Positions 21,077 through 31,894 of a DNA stretch of 64,000 nucleotides are shown here, piece after piece. The stretch spans positions 192,001 to 256,000 of the forward strand of contig JAYFMW010000003.1 of NCBI GenBank assembly GCA_042408215.1, in the 5' to 3' direction. Below the pieces are notes generated by a model that saw nothing but the letters and a program-made list of their open reading frames with translations, was not told where the DNA came from and made no database searches. Origin of the DNA: Microcoleus sp. GTDB lineage: Bacteria; Cyanobacteriota; Cyanobacteriia; Cyanobacteriales; Microcoleaceae. Each line of letters begins with the position of its first letter. The stretch's first letter is position 1. The translations under genes were made by a program, and so were the position numbers.

Positions 21077-21766
21077 TTAATTTTTCATCCGGTATCCTAC
21101 GCCATGTACAGTTTCAATTAAATTCGCGCAGCCAACCGACTCAAGTTTGCGCCGCAGCAAGCGCACTTGAGCCGCTACCACATTGCTAAAGGTATCTGCA
21201 CTAGCCTCCCATAGCTGATTCCGAATTTGGTCAGTAGTGACAATTTGGTTCGGATGTTTCAGAAAGTATTCTAGCAGTTGAAACTCTTTATTTGTCAGTG
21301 AAATAATCTGGGTATTGCCACTTCCATCGAGATGGCAAACAGTTCGATTACCGCAGTCCAAAACCAGATTTCCTACCTGTAGCTTTTGCGGTTGAATTTG
21401 GGGCGATCGCCTTTGCAAAGCCCGCAATCTTGCTAACAGTTCTGCCATCCCAAACGGCTTCACTAAATAATCGTCAGCCCCGGCATCTAGTCCGGCAACT
21501 TTATCTTCCATTCGGTCTTTTGCTGTTAGCATCAATACGGGCAATGCGCTATGTTTAGCACGCAATCTCCGCAGCAGTTCTAATCCTGACAATCCTGGTA
21601 GCAGCCAGTCAAAAATCGCCAGGTTGTATTGAGTCCAATGACTTTCTAAGTATTCCCAAGCTTCATTGCCATCCTGGGCCCAGTCAACTATATATTTTTC
21701 TTGCTTCAAAGTGCGATCGATCGCTTTCCCTAAATCTGGCTCATCTTCAACTAGCAAAACTCTCAT
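21077..21766 (-). CDS. OmpR-family response regulator (RppA/NrsR/CopR-like)
   Basis: LLVEDE, DWLLPG, GADDYLVKPF, winged helix IETVHGVGY. Confidence 0.92.
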   Translation of the reverse strand: MRVLLVEDEPDLGKAIDRTLKQEKYIVDWAQDGNEAWEYLESHWTQYNLAIFDWLLPGLSGLELLRRLRAKHSALPVLMLTAKDRMEDKVAGLDAGADDYLVKPFGMAELLARLRALQRRSPQIQPQKLQVGNLVLDCGNRTVCHLDGSGNTQIISLTNKEFQLLEYFLKHPNQIVTTDQIRNQLWEASADTFSNVVAAQVRLLRRKLESVGCANLIETVHGVGYRMKN

Positions 21767-21929
21767 AACTCTAATTTACAATTGATATGCTGATTACAGC
21801 AAATTAGTTAGATTGGGATTTTTTTACCGCAGATATCAGCCGATGAACACAGATGAACGCTGATAGAATTTCATTCTGCATTTATCTGCGGTTAAAAAAA
21901 CCTTCCTACGGTAGGGTATTTTCTGTTAT

Positions 21930-22433
21930 CTATTGATTAAAAGTAAAACGACCGTTTACTTTTTCTCCGTTAATATCCGCAGTCACCTTCACTGGATATT
22001 GTCCGGCCTCTTGGCCGGGAAATACCACGGCGTAATGTTTGCCATCAGCATCATATTTGAGGGCTAGGGTTTGCTGTTTTCCACTCGGTAACTGCACTTG
22101 TGCCGTCACTTTTGCGTTGGGGACTGGTTCGCGTTTGTCACCTTTTTGTAAATAAAAATCTAAATGAGTTCCCGTAGCTTCTTTTGCAGCTACAAACTCT
22201 AAGTGATAAGCTCCCGATTCTACAACTTGACCCCCTTTAGATGCTTTAGGATTGGCCGTTTTATCGGCTGCGCCTGGGGCCGCAGTTGGAGCAGAAGACG
22301 CAGGTTGAGAGGCCACAGGAGCGGATGTTGGGCTGCTATTTGGATCGCTTGCTTGGTCGCCTTTACTGCAAGCTCCCAAAAACAGCAATCCGACACTCGC
22401 TAGAACAATTAAATTTGACTTGAGCGATTTCAT
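21930..22433 (-). CDS. Putative metal-handling lipoprotein (CopC-like position, downstream of the RND gene)
   Basis: Lipobox LGAC; YHLE and THLDFYLQ His motifs; ATG 22433 with AGGAG RBS. Confidence 0.7.
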   Translation of the reverse strand: MKSLKSNLIVLASVGLLFLGACSKGDQASDPNSSPTSAPVASQPASSAPTAAPGAADKTANPKASKGGQVVESGAYHLEFVAAKEATGTHLDFYLQKGDKREPVPNAKVTAQVQLPSGKQQTLALKYDADGKHYAVVFPGQEAGQYPVKVTADINGEKVNGRFTFNQ

Positions 22434-22461
22434 TTGTTTGACTCCTTGCTGACAATAATTA

Positions 22462-22572
22462 CAGGACTTACGCATCAGACTAAAGAAACCGGGTTTTTTA
22501 CTCAAACTGTCGGCTACAACGAAGGATTTTTGTGAAAAAACCCGGTTTCTGACTACCCATGTGTAAGTCTTG
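22462..22572. mobile_element. MITE-like element CAGGACTTACGCA...TGTGTAAGTCTTG
   Basis: 13 bp imperfect TIRs, internal AGAAACCGGGTTT / AAACCCGGTTTCT hairpins. Confidence 0.65.
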
Positions 22573-22584
22573 AATTATAAAATA

Positions 22585-25500
22585 TCACACTTTAAATACT
22601 TTTCCGTCTTCAATAACTGGCTGAGGTTGTTGAGGTCGTAAAAAATGCCCAAATTGAGCATACAAAGCTGGCAAAACTAACAGCGTTAGTGCTGTAGAAG
22701 TAAACAATCCTCCTAAAACTACTACAGACAATGGTTGCAGAATTTCCTTTCCGGGGCCGCCTTCTAAGACTAAAGGTGCTAAACCTAAAGCTGAAGTTGA
22801 AGCTGTCATCAAAATAGCATTGAGCCGTTCCATCGAGCCTTTGATAATTGCTTCTTTTAAAGGCATTCCTTCGGCAAATTTAGTGTTGTAGTTGTCTACT
22901 AATAACAAGCCGTTGCGGGTAGCAACGCCAAATAAAGTGACAAATCCAACTAAAGAAGCTACAGAGATTATGCCGCCAGTCAAAGCTACAGAAATTACTC
23001 CTCCCACTAATCCGATCGGCAAATTAATCATAATCATAGCAGTTGAAGGAATTGACTTGACAGAAAGGTACATTAATACTGTAATGACAACAAAGGCGAT
23101 CGCACTAAATACCATAATATTTTGCGAAGCTCTTTGCTCGGCTTCAAATTGACCGCCATACTGGATAAAGTAGCCAAAAGGCAACTGCACCTCTCGTTTT
23201 ACTTTAGCTTGAATTTCATTCACAACCGATCGCAAATCTCGACCTTTAGCATTCGCCGCAGCTACAATCAAGCGAGAAACATTCTCGCGGTTAATCGTAT
23301 TGGGGCCCGTACCGTATTTTACAGTAGCAACTTGGGCGAGAGGAATTTTACCCCCCCTTTCATCCCCCCCTTTATAAGGGGGGGAAAGAGGGGTTTCATC
23401 CCCCCCTTTATAAGGGGGGGAAAGAGGGGGGGTATCAACCAACAAATTCTGAATAGTTTCTAAGTTATTTCTAGCTTCAGGCTGCAACCAAACAAATAAA
23501 TCAAAAGTTTGCTGCGCTTCCAAAACTTGAGACACAACTTTGCCATTCAAAGCTGTCTCAATTATTTCAGAAAGTTCTCCGATTTTCAAACCGTATCTAC
23601 CCGCAGCTTGGCGGTTAAACTTAATTTGAATCTGCTGCACCGGCACTTGGGGTTCGAGTTGCAAGTCTACAAGGCCTTCAACAGTTTTCATTTGCTCTTC
23701 CACTTTGGCACCGATGGTGCGAAGCTGATTCAAATCTGGGCCAAAGATTTTGACAGCAATTTGACTTCTGACACCGGATAAAACCTCATCCATCCTGTGA
23801 GAAATAAAACCGCCGATATTTGGTGCAACTCCCGGTAATTTAGCAAATTCCTGTCGCAATGATTCCAAAGTTTTCGGCCGATTTTTCATGCCCTCCTCGC
23901 TCAAACCGATATCAATGTGAGCCAAATTGACACCCGCAGCATCAGCATCTCCCGGAGCTCTGCCCGATCGCACTTGCACGTATCCAAACCTGGTATCATG
24001 CTTAAGTGCATCTTCGATCGCAAAAGCCGCGCTATTGGTCGTTTCCAAAGACACCCCCGGATAAAGTAGAATAGTATTCACCAAAGTTTGCTCTTGAAAC
24101 TCCGGCAAAAACACCCGTCCAAAAGATGGCAAAATAATTAATGCTGCCACTATGCTAGCAGCAGCAAAAGCTAAAATAATCCCTGAATAACGCATTGACA
24201 ATTGTATAAAAAAATGATATATTTTCTTGCAAAATCTCGGCAGCCAAGGTTCTTGTGAACTCATGTGTTTGTTAGGCAACAAGATAGCGCAAAGGGCCGG
24301 AGATATTAACAGCGATTCCAGACTAGAAATCACCACAACTACCAGATAAGTAATCCCCATAGGCGTAAAAATTCGACCTTCTACACCGGGCAAAGTAAAA
24401 ATTGGCGAAAACACAACAATGCCAATGACAGTCGCTCCAATTAACGAATCGCGCACCTCCTGACTGCCATCAAAAATCACATCCATCACCGGGCGAGGAT
24501 GATAAGATAACGTATTTTCTCTCAAGTTGCGGTAGGTATTTTCGGCATAAACAATCGCATCGTCGATCGCAGTGCCGATCGCCACCGACAACCCACCCAA
24601 GGTCATCGTATTCAATCCCAGCCCTAGCCAATTCATCGCCAGCAGCCCGAAAAGCCAAGTTAGGAAGAAATCGAGCAAAACCACCGTCAGAGTCCGCCAA
24701 TTCATCAAAAACGGGATGAGGATAATGGTGACGATGATACTGCCTTCAACTAAAGCCGATCGCACATTTTCCACCGAAGAATTGATATACTCTTCCTGGC
24801 GGAAAGTCACAGTAACTTTAATATCTTTCGGCAAAGCTTGCTGCACCTGGGCCATTGCCGCTTCCACAGCTTTAGTTACCGTCGGAGTATCAGCAACAGG
24901 CTGTCTATTTACCATCACAATCACAGCTTTTTTGCCGTTAAAACTGCCATCGCCCCGCTTGATAGCAGCACCAATCTTGACATCAGCTACATCAGCAATT
25001 CTGACGACGGTTCCTTGGCGAGAGGCGATCGCAGATTGCTGCAAATCTTCCACAGATTCAATCCGACCAACTCCCCGAATCAAAGTTTCTTGATCCGGCG
25101 TAATTAAATAGCCACCGGGCGCGTTAGCATTCGCAGCCGCCGCCGCTTCGGCAACTTGCTGCAAAGATACATTAAAAGCTTTCAATTTGGCTGGTTCAAC
25201 TAATACTTGATACTGCCTTTCTTCGCCGCCGTAGGCCACCACTTGAGCAACGCCAGTCACTGCTAAAAGCCGATTTGTGACTTGCCAATCAACCAGACGG
25301 CGCACTTCCATCAAAGGAGTAGTTTCTGATGTAAAAGCATAGGTGATAACAGTGCCGACAGGTGAAGTTGTCGGAGAAATTTGCGGTGCTTCTACTCCTG
25401 CGGGGAGCTTGCTTTGAGCTTGCTGTAACCTTTCTGTAATCAATTGGCGAGCTTGATAAATTTCAGTTCCCCAATCAAAGATCACTTTGACAACAGAAAT

Positions 25501-25767
25501 ACCCACAGCAGAAGATGAACGGACTGCTGTCACCCCAGGAGTTCCATTAATCGCACTCTCGATCGGCAATGTTACCAAAGACTCGATTTCTTCCGGTGCT
25601 AAACCCGGTGCTTCCGTCTGGATTTCTACCTGTGGCGGCGCAAAAGGGGGGAAGACATCCAGCGGCATTTTGGGAATGATATAAAATGTCCAAAGACTAA
25701 CAATAATGGTGGCGAGAACAACTAGCCAGCGGCGGTTAATTACCCATCTGAGAATAGTGCTGAACAT
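22585..25767 (-). CDS. Heavy-metal efflux RND permease (CzcA/CusA/NrsA family)
   Basis: 1060 aa; DVFP..APPQVEIQTEAPG, AIDDAIV, GSMERLNAILMT, TLLVLPALY. Confidence 0.95.
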   Translation of the reverse strand: MFSTILRWVINRRWLVVLATIIVSLWTFYIIPKMPLDVFPPFAPPQVEIQTEAPGLAPEEIESLVTLPIESAINGTPGVTAVRSSSAVGISVVKVIFDWGTEIYQARQLITERLQQAQSKLPAGVEAPQISPTTSPVGTVITYAFTSETTPLMEVRRLVDWQVTNRLLAVTGVAQVVAYGGEERQYQVLVEPAKLKAFNVSLQQVAEAAAAANANAPGGYLITPDQETLIRGVGRIESVEDLQQSAIASRQGTVVRIADVADVKIGAAIKRGDGSFNGKKAVIVMVNRQPVADTPTVTKAVEAAMAQVQQALPKDIKVTVTFRQEEYINSSVENVRSALVEGSIIVTIILIPFLMNWRTLTVVLLDFFLTWLFGLLAMNWLGLGLNTMTLGGLSVAIGTAIDDAIVYAENTYRNLRENTLSYHPRPVMDVIFDGSQEVRDSLIGATVIGIVVFSPIFTLPGVEGRIFTPMGITYLVVVVISSLESLLISPALCAILLPNKHMSSQEPWLPRFCKKIYHFFIQLSMRYSGIILAFAAASIVAALIILPSFGRVFLPEFQEQTLVNTILLYPGVSLETTNSAAFAIEDALKHDTRFGYVQVRSGRAPGDADAAGVNLAHIDIGLSEEGMKNRPKTLESLRQEFAKLPGVAPNIGGFISHRMDEVLSGVRSQIAVKIFGPDLNQLRTIGAKVEEQMKTVEGLVDLQLEPQVPVQQIQIKFNRQAAGRYGLKIGELSEIIETALNGKVVSQVLEAQQTFDLFVWLQPEARNNLETIQNLLVDTPPLSPPYKGGDETPLSPPYKGGDERGGKIPLAQVATVKYGTGPNTINRENVSRLIVAAANAKGRDLRSVVNEIQAKVKREVQLPFGYFIQYGGQFEAEQRASQNIMVFSAIAFVVITVLMYLSVKSIPSTAMIMINLPIGLVGGVISVALTGGIISVASLVGFVTLFGVATRNGLLLVDNYNTKFAEGMPLKEAIIKGSMERLNAILMTASTSALGLAPLVLEGGPGKEILQPLSVVVLGGLFTSTALTLLVLPALYAQFGHFLRPQQPQPVIEDGKVFKV

Positions 25768-25875
25768 TTAATAATTTGGTAATTGGGCATAAGGAATAGC
25801 TGTAGGGTGCGTCGCCATCTAGAATTCTCAAAAAAAGCGACAATCTCGCAGCGACGCACCTTACTAATTACAGGA

Positions 25876-27744
25876 TTATGCTTTATTCCTGACATCCGTT
25901 ACATCCGTTACATCCGTTAAAAAATCCGCTGCCGAACTTTCTTCGCGCCGATTTCCCCAGAAGGCACCGGCTGCAAAAGTCACAGATGCGATCGCCATAC
26001 CTCCTCCTACTCCCGCCCACAAAGGCACGGGAAAACTGTTAAAATTAACCTCTGTCACCTTGGGACTTGCTTCCTTCTTTTCCTCACCTTTTGATTGTTT
26101 CTTGCCGCCCCGCAAAGATTGAGCGTAAAGTTGAGGTGCGCGCTGAGTAACGATTAAATCTCCCTCGAACAAACCGCTCTTAATTTCCACTAAATCCCCG
26201 GAAGTTTGACCGATTTCGACTTCAACAGCTTGAAACGCATCGCCGTTTTTGACATAAACTAAATGTTTGCCATTTGCTTCTACCGCTGCTGAATTAGGAA
26301 TTGCCAAAATATTTGTTAAAGTTTTGTCGGTTAAAATTTCCAACTCGGCAAACATTCCCGGTTTCAAAACTGCCTCGGCATTATCCAATTGAGCTTTCAC
26401 CGCCACAGTGCGGGTTTCTCCTGTAACTGCCGACCCAATTAAGCTAATTTTCCCAGTGAAAGTGCGGTTGGGTAAACTAGCTATTTTTATCCTCACTTCT
26501 TGACCATTTTTAACTTGATTTAGGTCTTTTTCATAAATATTTCCTGTGGCAAAAACGCTGCTGTCATTTAATACGATCATCAGCGGTTTTTCAGCGGAGT
26601 TTACTGATTCACCAGGAGTGATTTCGCGATCGGCTACAGTCCCAGAAATGGGAGCTAGAACAGTGACAAGTCCTTGTTCGTTGGCAACAGTTCCTAATTG
26701 TTGGAGGCGCGCTTGATAGGCTGAACTGCTGAGGCTAACGCGGGACTGAGCTACTTCTAAAGCGGCTTTAGCCCGCTTGAGTTGAGCCTCGGCTTCTAGA
26801 ACTTCCCGGCGGCTCAAAGCTTTGGTAAGTTGAGCTTTTGCTTCTGCAACTTTGCCTTGAGAATCCCGCAATTCGCGCATGGGAATGTCTACTTCAGCTT
26901 GTTTTATTTCGGTTTCGGCTTTGATAACTTCTGGACGGCTTTTTGCCTTAGCAACAGTGGCTTTTGCTTCGGCGAAGTGAGCTTGCGATTCCAGCATTGT
27001 ACGTCGCGCGATCGCTCCGGCGGCAACCAATTCTTTGTCGCGCTCAAACTGTTCTTTGGCAATCGTCAGTTCAGTTTCGGCCCGCACTATTTCTGCTTGC
27101 GATATCTCAACCTGACGCTGATAGTTTTCTTTAGCAACTTTCACAACTGAACGATTATTTACCAAGTTTTGCTCTCCTTCGTATTGCTGAGTTGCCGCTG
27201 TCAGTTGGGTTTGGGCTTGGGCGATTTCCGCTGCGGATATTTGCACTTGGCGATCGTAATTTTCTTGAGCTAACTTAAAGTTAGCCTGCGCCTGCTGCAA
27301 ATCGCCTTCAGCTTCGGCTCGTTTTGCGATCGATTCCACGCGCAATTGCCCTAATTCTGAACTAGATAAAACAGCAAGGGGTTGACCTTTAGAAACTTTG
27401 TCCCCAGGCTTGACTAACAATTCTACCACAGTGCCACTAACCGGAGCCCGAACCTCTACTTTTTGGTTGGGCAAAGTTTCAATTTGTCCTGTAGTTTTAA
27501 TCCCAACAGATAGCCGCTGAGCTTTAACAGGTTCAACTTTGATTCCAATTCGCTTTGAGGTTTCAGCATCAACAGAAATAGCATCAGGAATCTGAGCAGC
27601 ATCACCTCCGCTTTGGTGAAATTCATTGCCATGTCCCGCGTGGGCAAAAACGGCGGCGGTATCAATGAATAACAAAAGACTCAGGAGTATTCCCGAAAAG
27701 TAAAATATCGCTGCTGGGGAGTGGAAACGGCGACAAGATTGCAT
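25876..27744 (-). CDS. RND efflux periplasmic adaptor (MFP) with long coiled coil
   Basis: AHAGHG after signal peptide; lipoyl half-motifs APVSGTV / APISGTV; LKPGMFA. Confidence 0.9.
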   Translation of the reverse strand: MQSCRRFHSPAAIFYFSGILLSLLLFIDTAAVFAHAGHGNEFHQSGGDAAQIPDAISVDAETSKRIGIKVEPVKAQRLSVGIKTTGQIETLPNQKVEVRAPVSGTVVELLVKPGDKVSKGQPLAVLSSSELGQLRVESIAKRAEAEGDLQQAQANFKLAQENYDRQVQISAAEIAQAQTQLTAATQQYEGEQNLVNNRSVVKVAKENYQRQVEISQAEIVRAETELTIAKEQFERDKELVAAGAIARRTMLESQAHFAEAKATVAKAKSRPEVIKAETEIKQAEVDIPMRELRDSQGKVAEAKAQLTKALSRREVLEAEAQLKRAKAALEVAQSRVSLSSSAYQARLQQLGTVANEQGLVTVLAPISGTVADREITPGESVNSAEKPLMIVLNDSSVFATGNIYEKDLNQVKNGQEVRIKIASLPNRTFTGKISLIGSAVTGETRTVAVKAQLDNAEAVLKPGMFAELEILTDKTLTNILAIPNSAAVEANGKHLVYVKNGDAFQAVEVEIGQTSGDLVEIKSGLFEGDLIVTQRAPQLYAQSLRGGKKQSKGEEKKEASPKVTEVNFNSFPVPLWAGVGGGMAIASVTFAAGAFWGNRREESSAADFLTDVTDVTDVRNKA

Positions 27745-27793
27745 GATTTAGTAGGGGCGAATCTGAACTAAAAGATCAGTTTTGCAGAGCGCA

Positions 27794-27810
27794 ATGAAAT
27801 CAGGATGAAA
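27794..27810 (-). promoter_or_regulatory. CopR/NrsR-type direct repeat TTTCAT-N5-TTTCAT upstream of the RND operon
   Basis: Minus strand TTTCATcctgaTTTCAT; -10-like AAAACT 10 nt downstream. Confidence 0.75.
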
Positions 27811-27954
27811 TATGGTAAATAAGTCGGTACAAATAAATACAACATTGGGTGGGGCCGGGTTTACGAGATTATCTGTTTGAGGCAATTATTGTTGGTAAAA
27901 CCCGCCCCTACAATTCCCGACTCGATCTTATTGTTTTTTTGGCTGACCTACTTA

Positions 27955-28662
27955 TTACTGTTTGTACCAAGTTTTACGCCACTCTTTCATTTGCTGAATT
28001 TCTTGCTTTTGCGAAGCCAGAATCTCTTGGGACAATTTCTTCATTTCCGGCCGTTTAGACTTCTTCAAAGCATCTTCAGCCATCACTAAAGCTCCTTCGT
28101 GGTGGGGAATCATCGCATTCAGAAACCGCAAATCAAATTGAGCGTCAGCAGCACCTAAATCCATGCTCATCATCATGTTTTGCATCTGTTCGGGAGTCAT
28201 TGCCATCATGTGACCCATTTGAGCGTGATAAGCCATTGGTGTATTGTCGGCTTTCGGATACCAAGTTTTTCGCCACTCTTTCATTTGATTGATTTCGCGT
28301 TTCTGAGCGGCAATTATGTTAGTAGCAAGTTTTTTCATTTCCGGGCGTTTGGATTGTTTAATCACATCTTGAGCCATGTTTACAGCACCTTGATGATGAA
28401 CTGTCATCCCATCAATAAATCGCAAATCGTAGTCGGCATCTGCGGGGCCTAAGTCCATTGACATACTGTGATTCATGTCACCCATGTCGCCGCCTTGTGC
28501 CACGTCTTGCTTGTTATTCGCTTCGGTTGCTGCGGTAATATTTGGGGCTTGAGTTTGACTTAAAGGAGCTTTTGAACAAGCTGCTAGCACTCCGCTGGTT
28601 AGGGCTGCTGTGCAGGTTAATGTCAGCGCTGCAAAGCCTGTTTTTAATGAAACTGGTTTCAT
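27955..28662 (-). CDS. DUF305 Met/His-rich metal-binding lipoprotein (CopM-like)
   Basis: Lipobox LAAC; two repeats RFIDGMTVHHQGA / RFLNAMIPHHEGA; Met-rich linkers. Confidence 0.88.
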   Translation of the reverse strand: MKPVSLKTGFAALTLTCTAALTSGVLAACSKAPLSQTQAPNITAATEANNKQDVAQGGDMGDMNHSMSMDLGPADADYDLRFIDGMTVHHQGAVNMAQDVIKQSKRPEMKKLATNIIAAQKREINQMKEWRKTWYPKADNTPMAYHAQMGHMMAMTPEQMQNMMMSMDLGAADAQFDLRFLNAMIPHHEGALVMAEDALKKSKRPEMKKLSQEILASQKQEIQQMKEWRKTWYKQ

Positions 28663-28712
28663 AGATTTTAGATCCTTAAAATTGCTATTTATATTCAGCT
28701 TGTCACGGAAAT

Positions 28713-28729
28713 ATGAAATTAGGATGAAA
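28713..28729 (-). promoter_or_regulatory. CopR/NrsR-type direct repeat TTTCAT-N5-TTTCAT upstream of the DUF305 gene
   Basis: Minus strand TTTCATcctaaTTTCAT; -10-like CAAGCT 10 nt downstream. Confidence 0.75.
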
Positions 28730-28772
28730 TTTACGATCGTCTAAAATCTAGAATTTAAAATCTAAAATTGAC

Positions 28773-28804
28773 TTTACTCTCTTGCTAACAGGAGACTGTA
28801 TAAT
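28773..28804 (+). promoter_or_regulatory. MerR/CueR-type long-spacer promoter for the chaperone-ATPase operon
   Basis: TTTACT-20nt-TATAAT with dyad TCTCTTG-CTAA-CAGGAGA across the spacer. Confidence 0.55.
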
Positions 28805-28853
28805 TAAATTAATTCACTGATGCAGCAGAGTAGTTTCTGCTGAGGTTGAAATT

Positions 28854-29048
28854 ATGACTCTACAGTTAAAAGTTCCCAAAATGGCTTGTTCGGCTTGTGC
28901 GAATACGATCGCACAAGCAGTCAAAACCCTCGATCCAGCCGCTGTTGTTGAGGCAGATCTCAAGACAAAATTGGTCAAAATTCAAACCGCTAAGTCGGAA
29001 AGTGAAGTCAAATTTGCGATCGAAACGGCTGGCTATCCAGTCATCTGA
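28854..29048 (+). CDS. HMA-domain copper chaperone (CopZ/Atx1-like)
   Basis: 64 aa, MACSAC motif, C-terminal AGY. Confidence 0.9.
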   Translation: MTLQLKVPKMACSACANTIAQAVKTLDPAAVVEADLKTKLVKIQTAKSESEVKFAIETAGYPVI

Positions 29049-29107
29049 AAGCAGAGTGCTACAGACAGCAAAAAAATAGTGATTTTGCCTAATTTAGGAG
29101 TCCATAT

Positions 29108-31363
29108 ATGGATCATCTCACACTAAAATTAGGGGGCATGAGTTGTGCCTCCTGTGCCTCTTCTGTTGAACAAGCAATTAAATCTGTTCCCGGCGTAATT
29201 GAGTGCAATGTCAACTTTGGCATGGAACAAGCAAGCATCCAATACGACTCCCAGAAAACCAGCTTAGAAACAATTCAAGAGGCTGTTGATGCAGCGGGAT
29301 ACAAAGCTTTGCCGCTTCAAGAAATGGCGGCGGAAGAGGATGACACCGAGCAAGCAAATCGCAAATCTGAATCTCAAATTTTGCAGCGCAAACTATATGT
29401 AGCAGGCACTATTAGCCTCATATTATTGGCGGGTTCCCTTCCAAGTATGACTGGCTTGCACTTGCCATTTATTCCACCCTGGCTGCACAATTTTTGGCTG
29501 CAATTAGTGCTGACAGCACCAGTACAATTTTGGTGCGGAAAATCATTTTATATAGGAGCTTTTAAATCTCTAAAACGCCGCCTAGCAACAATGGATACCC
29601 TGATTGCTTTGGGTACAAGTGCTGCTTACTTTTATTCTGTATTTGTGACAATTTTTCCCAGTTTATTCATAGTCAAGGGTTTGATGCCGAGCGTTTATTA
29701 TGAAGTGTCATCCAGTGTGATCGCCCTAATTTTGCTGGGTAAAACCCTAGAAAATCGGGCGAAGGGAGAGACTTCTGAGGCAATTCGGAAACTCATGGGT
29801 TTGCAAGCGAAAACGGCTCGGATCGTTCGCAATGGGCAAGAGTTGGAAGTGTCGATCGCCCAAGTGGAAATTGGCGATATCGTGCAGGTGCGGCCCGGCG
29901 AACAAATTCCCGTAGACGGAGAGGTGATTGAAGGCTATTCGACCATAGATGAAGCAATGGTAACGGGGGAAAGTTTGCCTGTCAAAAAACAGATTGGCGA
30001 TGAAGTTATCGGAGCAACTATTAACAAAACTGGCAGCTTTAAGTTTCGCGCTACCAGGATTGGTAAGGATACATTCCTGGCTCAAATTGTCAAGATGGTG
30101 CAGGATGCCCAGGGGTCTAAAGCACCGATTCAAAAGTTAGCAGACGAGGTAACTGGTTGGTTTGTACCCGCAGTAATTGCCGTGGCTTTAGCTACTTTTA
30201 TCATCTGGTTTAAGACGACGGGTAACTTCACTTTGGCAACGATTACAATGGTGGAAGTGCTGATTATTGCATGTCCCTGCGCTTTGGGTTTGGCGACTCC
30301 GACTGCTGTGATGGTTGGCACTGGCAAAGGCGCAGAAAACGGTATTTTATTTAAAGGAGCCGACAGTTTAGAATTGGCTCATAAAATTCAGGTCATTGTG
30401 TTAGATAAAACCGGAACTCTCACGGAAGGCAAACCGACTGTAACTGACTTTGTGACAATTAAAGGAACGGCGAACAGCAATGAATTACAACTGCTGCAAT
30501 TGGCAGCGTCTGTTGAGGGAAATTCGGAGCATCCTTTGGGTGAAGCTGTTGTTAGATACGCTCAATCTCAAGAGGTAAGTTTAACAGATGTTAAGCATTT
30601 TGAGGCGATCGCGGGGAGTGGCGTGCGCGGGGTTGTGGAGGGAAGGTCGATCGCCCTGGGAACGCTCAGGTGGATGCAGGAATTAGGCTGTGATACGGAA
30701 TATTTGGAACTGCGCGCGAGAGCTTGGGAATCTGCCAGCAAAACGGTTGTTTGGATGGCCTGTGAGGGCGAAATTGAGGCGATAATGGGAATTGCGGATG
30801 CTCTGAAACCGTCGTCCAGGGCGGCGGTGAAAGCACTGCAAAAACTCGGTTTAGAGGTGGCGATGCTGACAGGAGATAACCGCGCGACTGCGGAGTCGAT
30901 CGCCCTTTATGCTGGTATCGATCGCGTTTTTGCTGAAGTTAGACCAGACCAAAAAGCAGCTCAAATCCAAGCACTGCAAGCACAAGGAAAGATTGTCGCG
31001 ATGGTGGGAGATGGGATTAACGATGCTCCGGCTTTGGCTATAGCGGATGTGGGAATTGCGATCGGCACAGGGACTGATATTGCGATCGCAGCTAGCGATA
31101 TTACCCTAATTTCTGGAGACTTGCAAGGCATAGTTACAGCCATTCAACTGTCGCGCGCCACCATGCGGAACATCCGCCAAAACCTGTTTTTTGCCTTCAT
31201 TTACAACATCGCTGGAATTCCGATCGCGGCCGGCATTTTGTACCCGATTTTGGGCTGGCTACTAAGTCCAATTATCGCCGGCGGAGCAATGGCTTTTAGT
31301 TCAGTTTCTGTACTTACTAATGCTTTGCGATTGCGTAATTTTAAACCAAAACCTCTGGCCTAA
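29108..31363 (+). CDS. Copper-translocating P1B-type ATPase (CopA/PacS-like)
   Basis: [31 protein letters not shown], plus YN and MAFSS Cu(I) signatures. Confidence 0.95.
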   Translation: MDHLTLKLGGMSCASCASSVEQAIKSVPGVIECNVNFGMEQASIQYDSQKTSLETIQEAVDAAGYKALPLQEMAAEEDDTEQANRKSESQILQRKLYVAGTISLILLAGSLPSMTGLHLPFIPPWLHNFWLQLVLTAPVQFWCGKSFYIGAFKSLKRRLATMDTLIALGTSAAYFYSVFVTIFPSLFIVKGLMPSVYYEVSSSVIALILLGKTLENRAKGETSEAIRKLMGLQAKTARIVRNGQELEVSIAQVEIGDIVQVRPGEQIPVDGEVIEGYSTIDEAMVTGESLPVKKQIGDEVIGATINKTGSFKFRATRIGKDTFLAQIVKMVQDAQGSKAPIQKLADEVTGWFVPAVIAVALATFIIWFKTTGNFTLATITMVEVLIIACPCALGLATPTAVMVGTGKGAENGILFKGADSLELAHKIQVIVLDKTGTLTEGKPTVTDFVTIKGTANSNELQLLQLAASVEGNSEHPLGEAVVRYAQSQEVSLTDVKHFEAIAGSGVRGVVEGRSIALGTLRWMQELGCDTEYLELRARAWESASKTVVWMACEGEIEAIMGIADALKPSSRAAVKALQKLGLEVAMLTGDNRATAESIALYAGIDRVFAEVRPDQKAAQIQALQAQGKIVAMVGDGINDAPALAIADVGIAIGTGTDIAIAASDITLISGDLQGIVTAIQLSRATMRNIRQNLFFAFIYNIAGIPIAAGILYPILGWLLSPIIAGGAMAFSSVSVLTNALRLRNFKPKPLA

Positions 31364-31494
31364 ATTAGGTAACAAATGTAACGGTGACAACTGTAACTGT
31401 GGCAACTACGGCAACTGCGACGGTGGCGGCGCGATTTTTTTCAGCAGGAAATCGCTAAAATTGATCAAAGCTTAAAAAATTTGGAGTGAGATCA

Positions 31495-31890
31495 ATGCAA
31501 CTACTACACACCATGCTCCGAGTCGGCAACCTGGAAGAATCCCTCAAATTCTACACCGAAGTGCTGGGCATGAAACTGCTGCGACAAAAGGAATATCCAG
31601 AGGGTAAATTTACCCTGGCTTTTGTCGGCTACGGCGAGGAATCCGACCATACAGTTTTGGAATTAACTTACAACTGGGGCGTGGAAGAGTACAATTTAGG
31701 GGATGCTTACGGTCATATTGCGATCGGCGTTGATGACATTTACGCTACCTGCGATGAAATTAAAGCTCGCGGCGGTAAAGTTAGTCGCGAACCTGGCCCG
31801 ATGAAACACGGTTCAACTGTTATTGCTTTTGTGGAAGATCCCGATGGATATAAAGTTGAATTAATTCAACTGAAAAATCGACGCGCCTAA
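31495..31890 (+). CDS. gloA: Lactoylglutathione lyase (glyoxalase I)
   Basis: [35 protein letters not shown]. Confidence 0.96.
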   Translation: MQLLHTMLRVGNLEESLKFYTEVLGMKLLRQKEYPEGKFTLAFVGYGEESDHTVLELTYNWGVEEYNLGDAYGHIAIGVDDIYATCDEIKARGGKVSREPGPMKHGSTVIAFVEDPDGYKVELIQLKNRRA

Positions 31891-31894
31891 TCCA

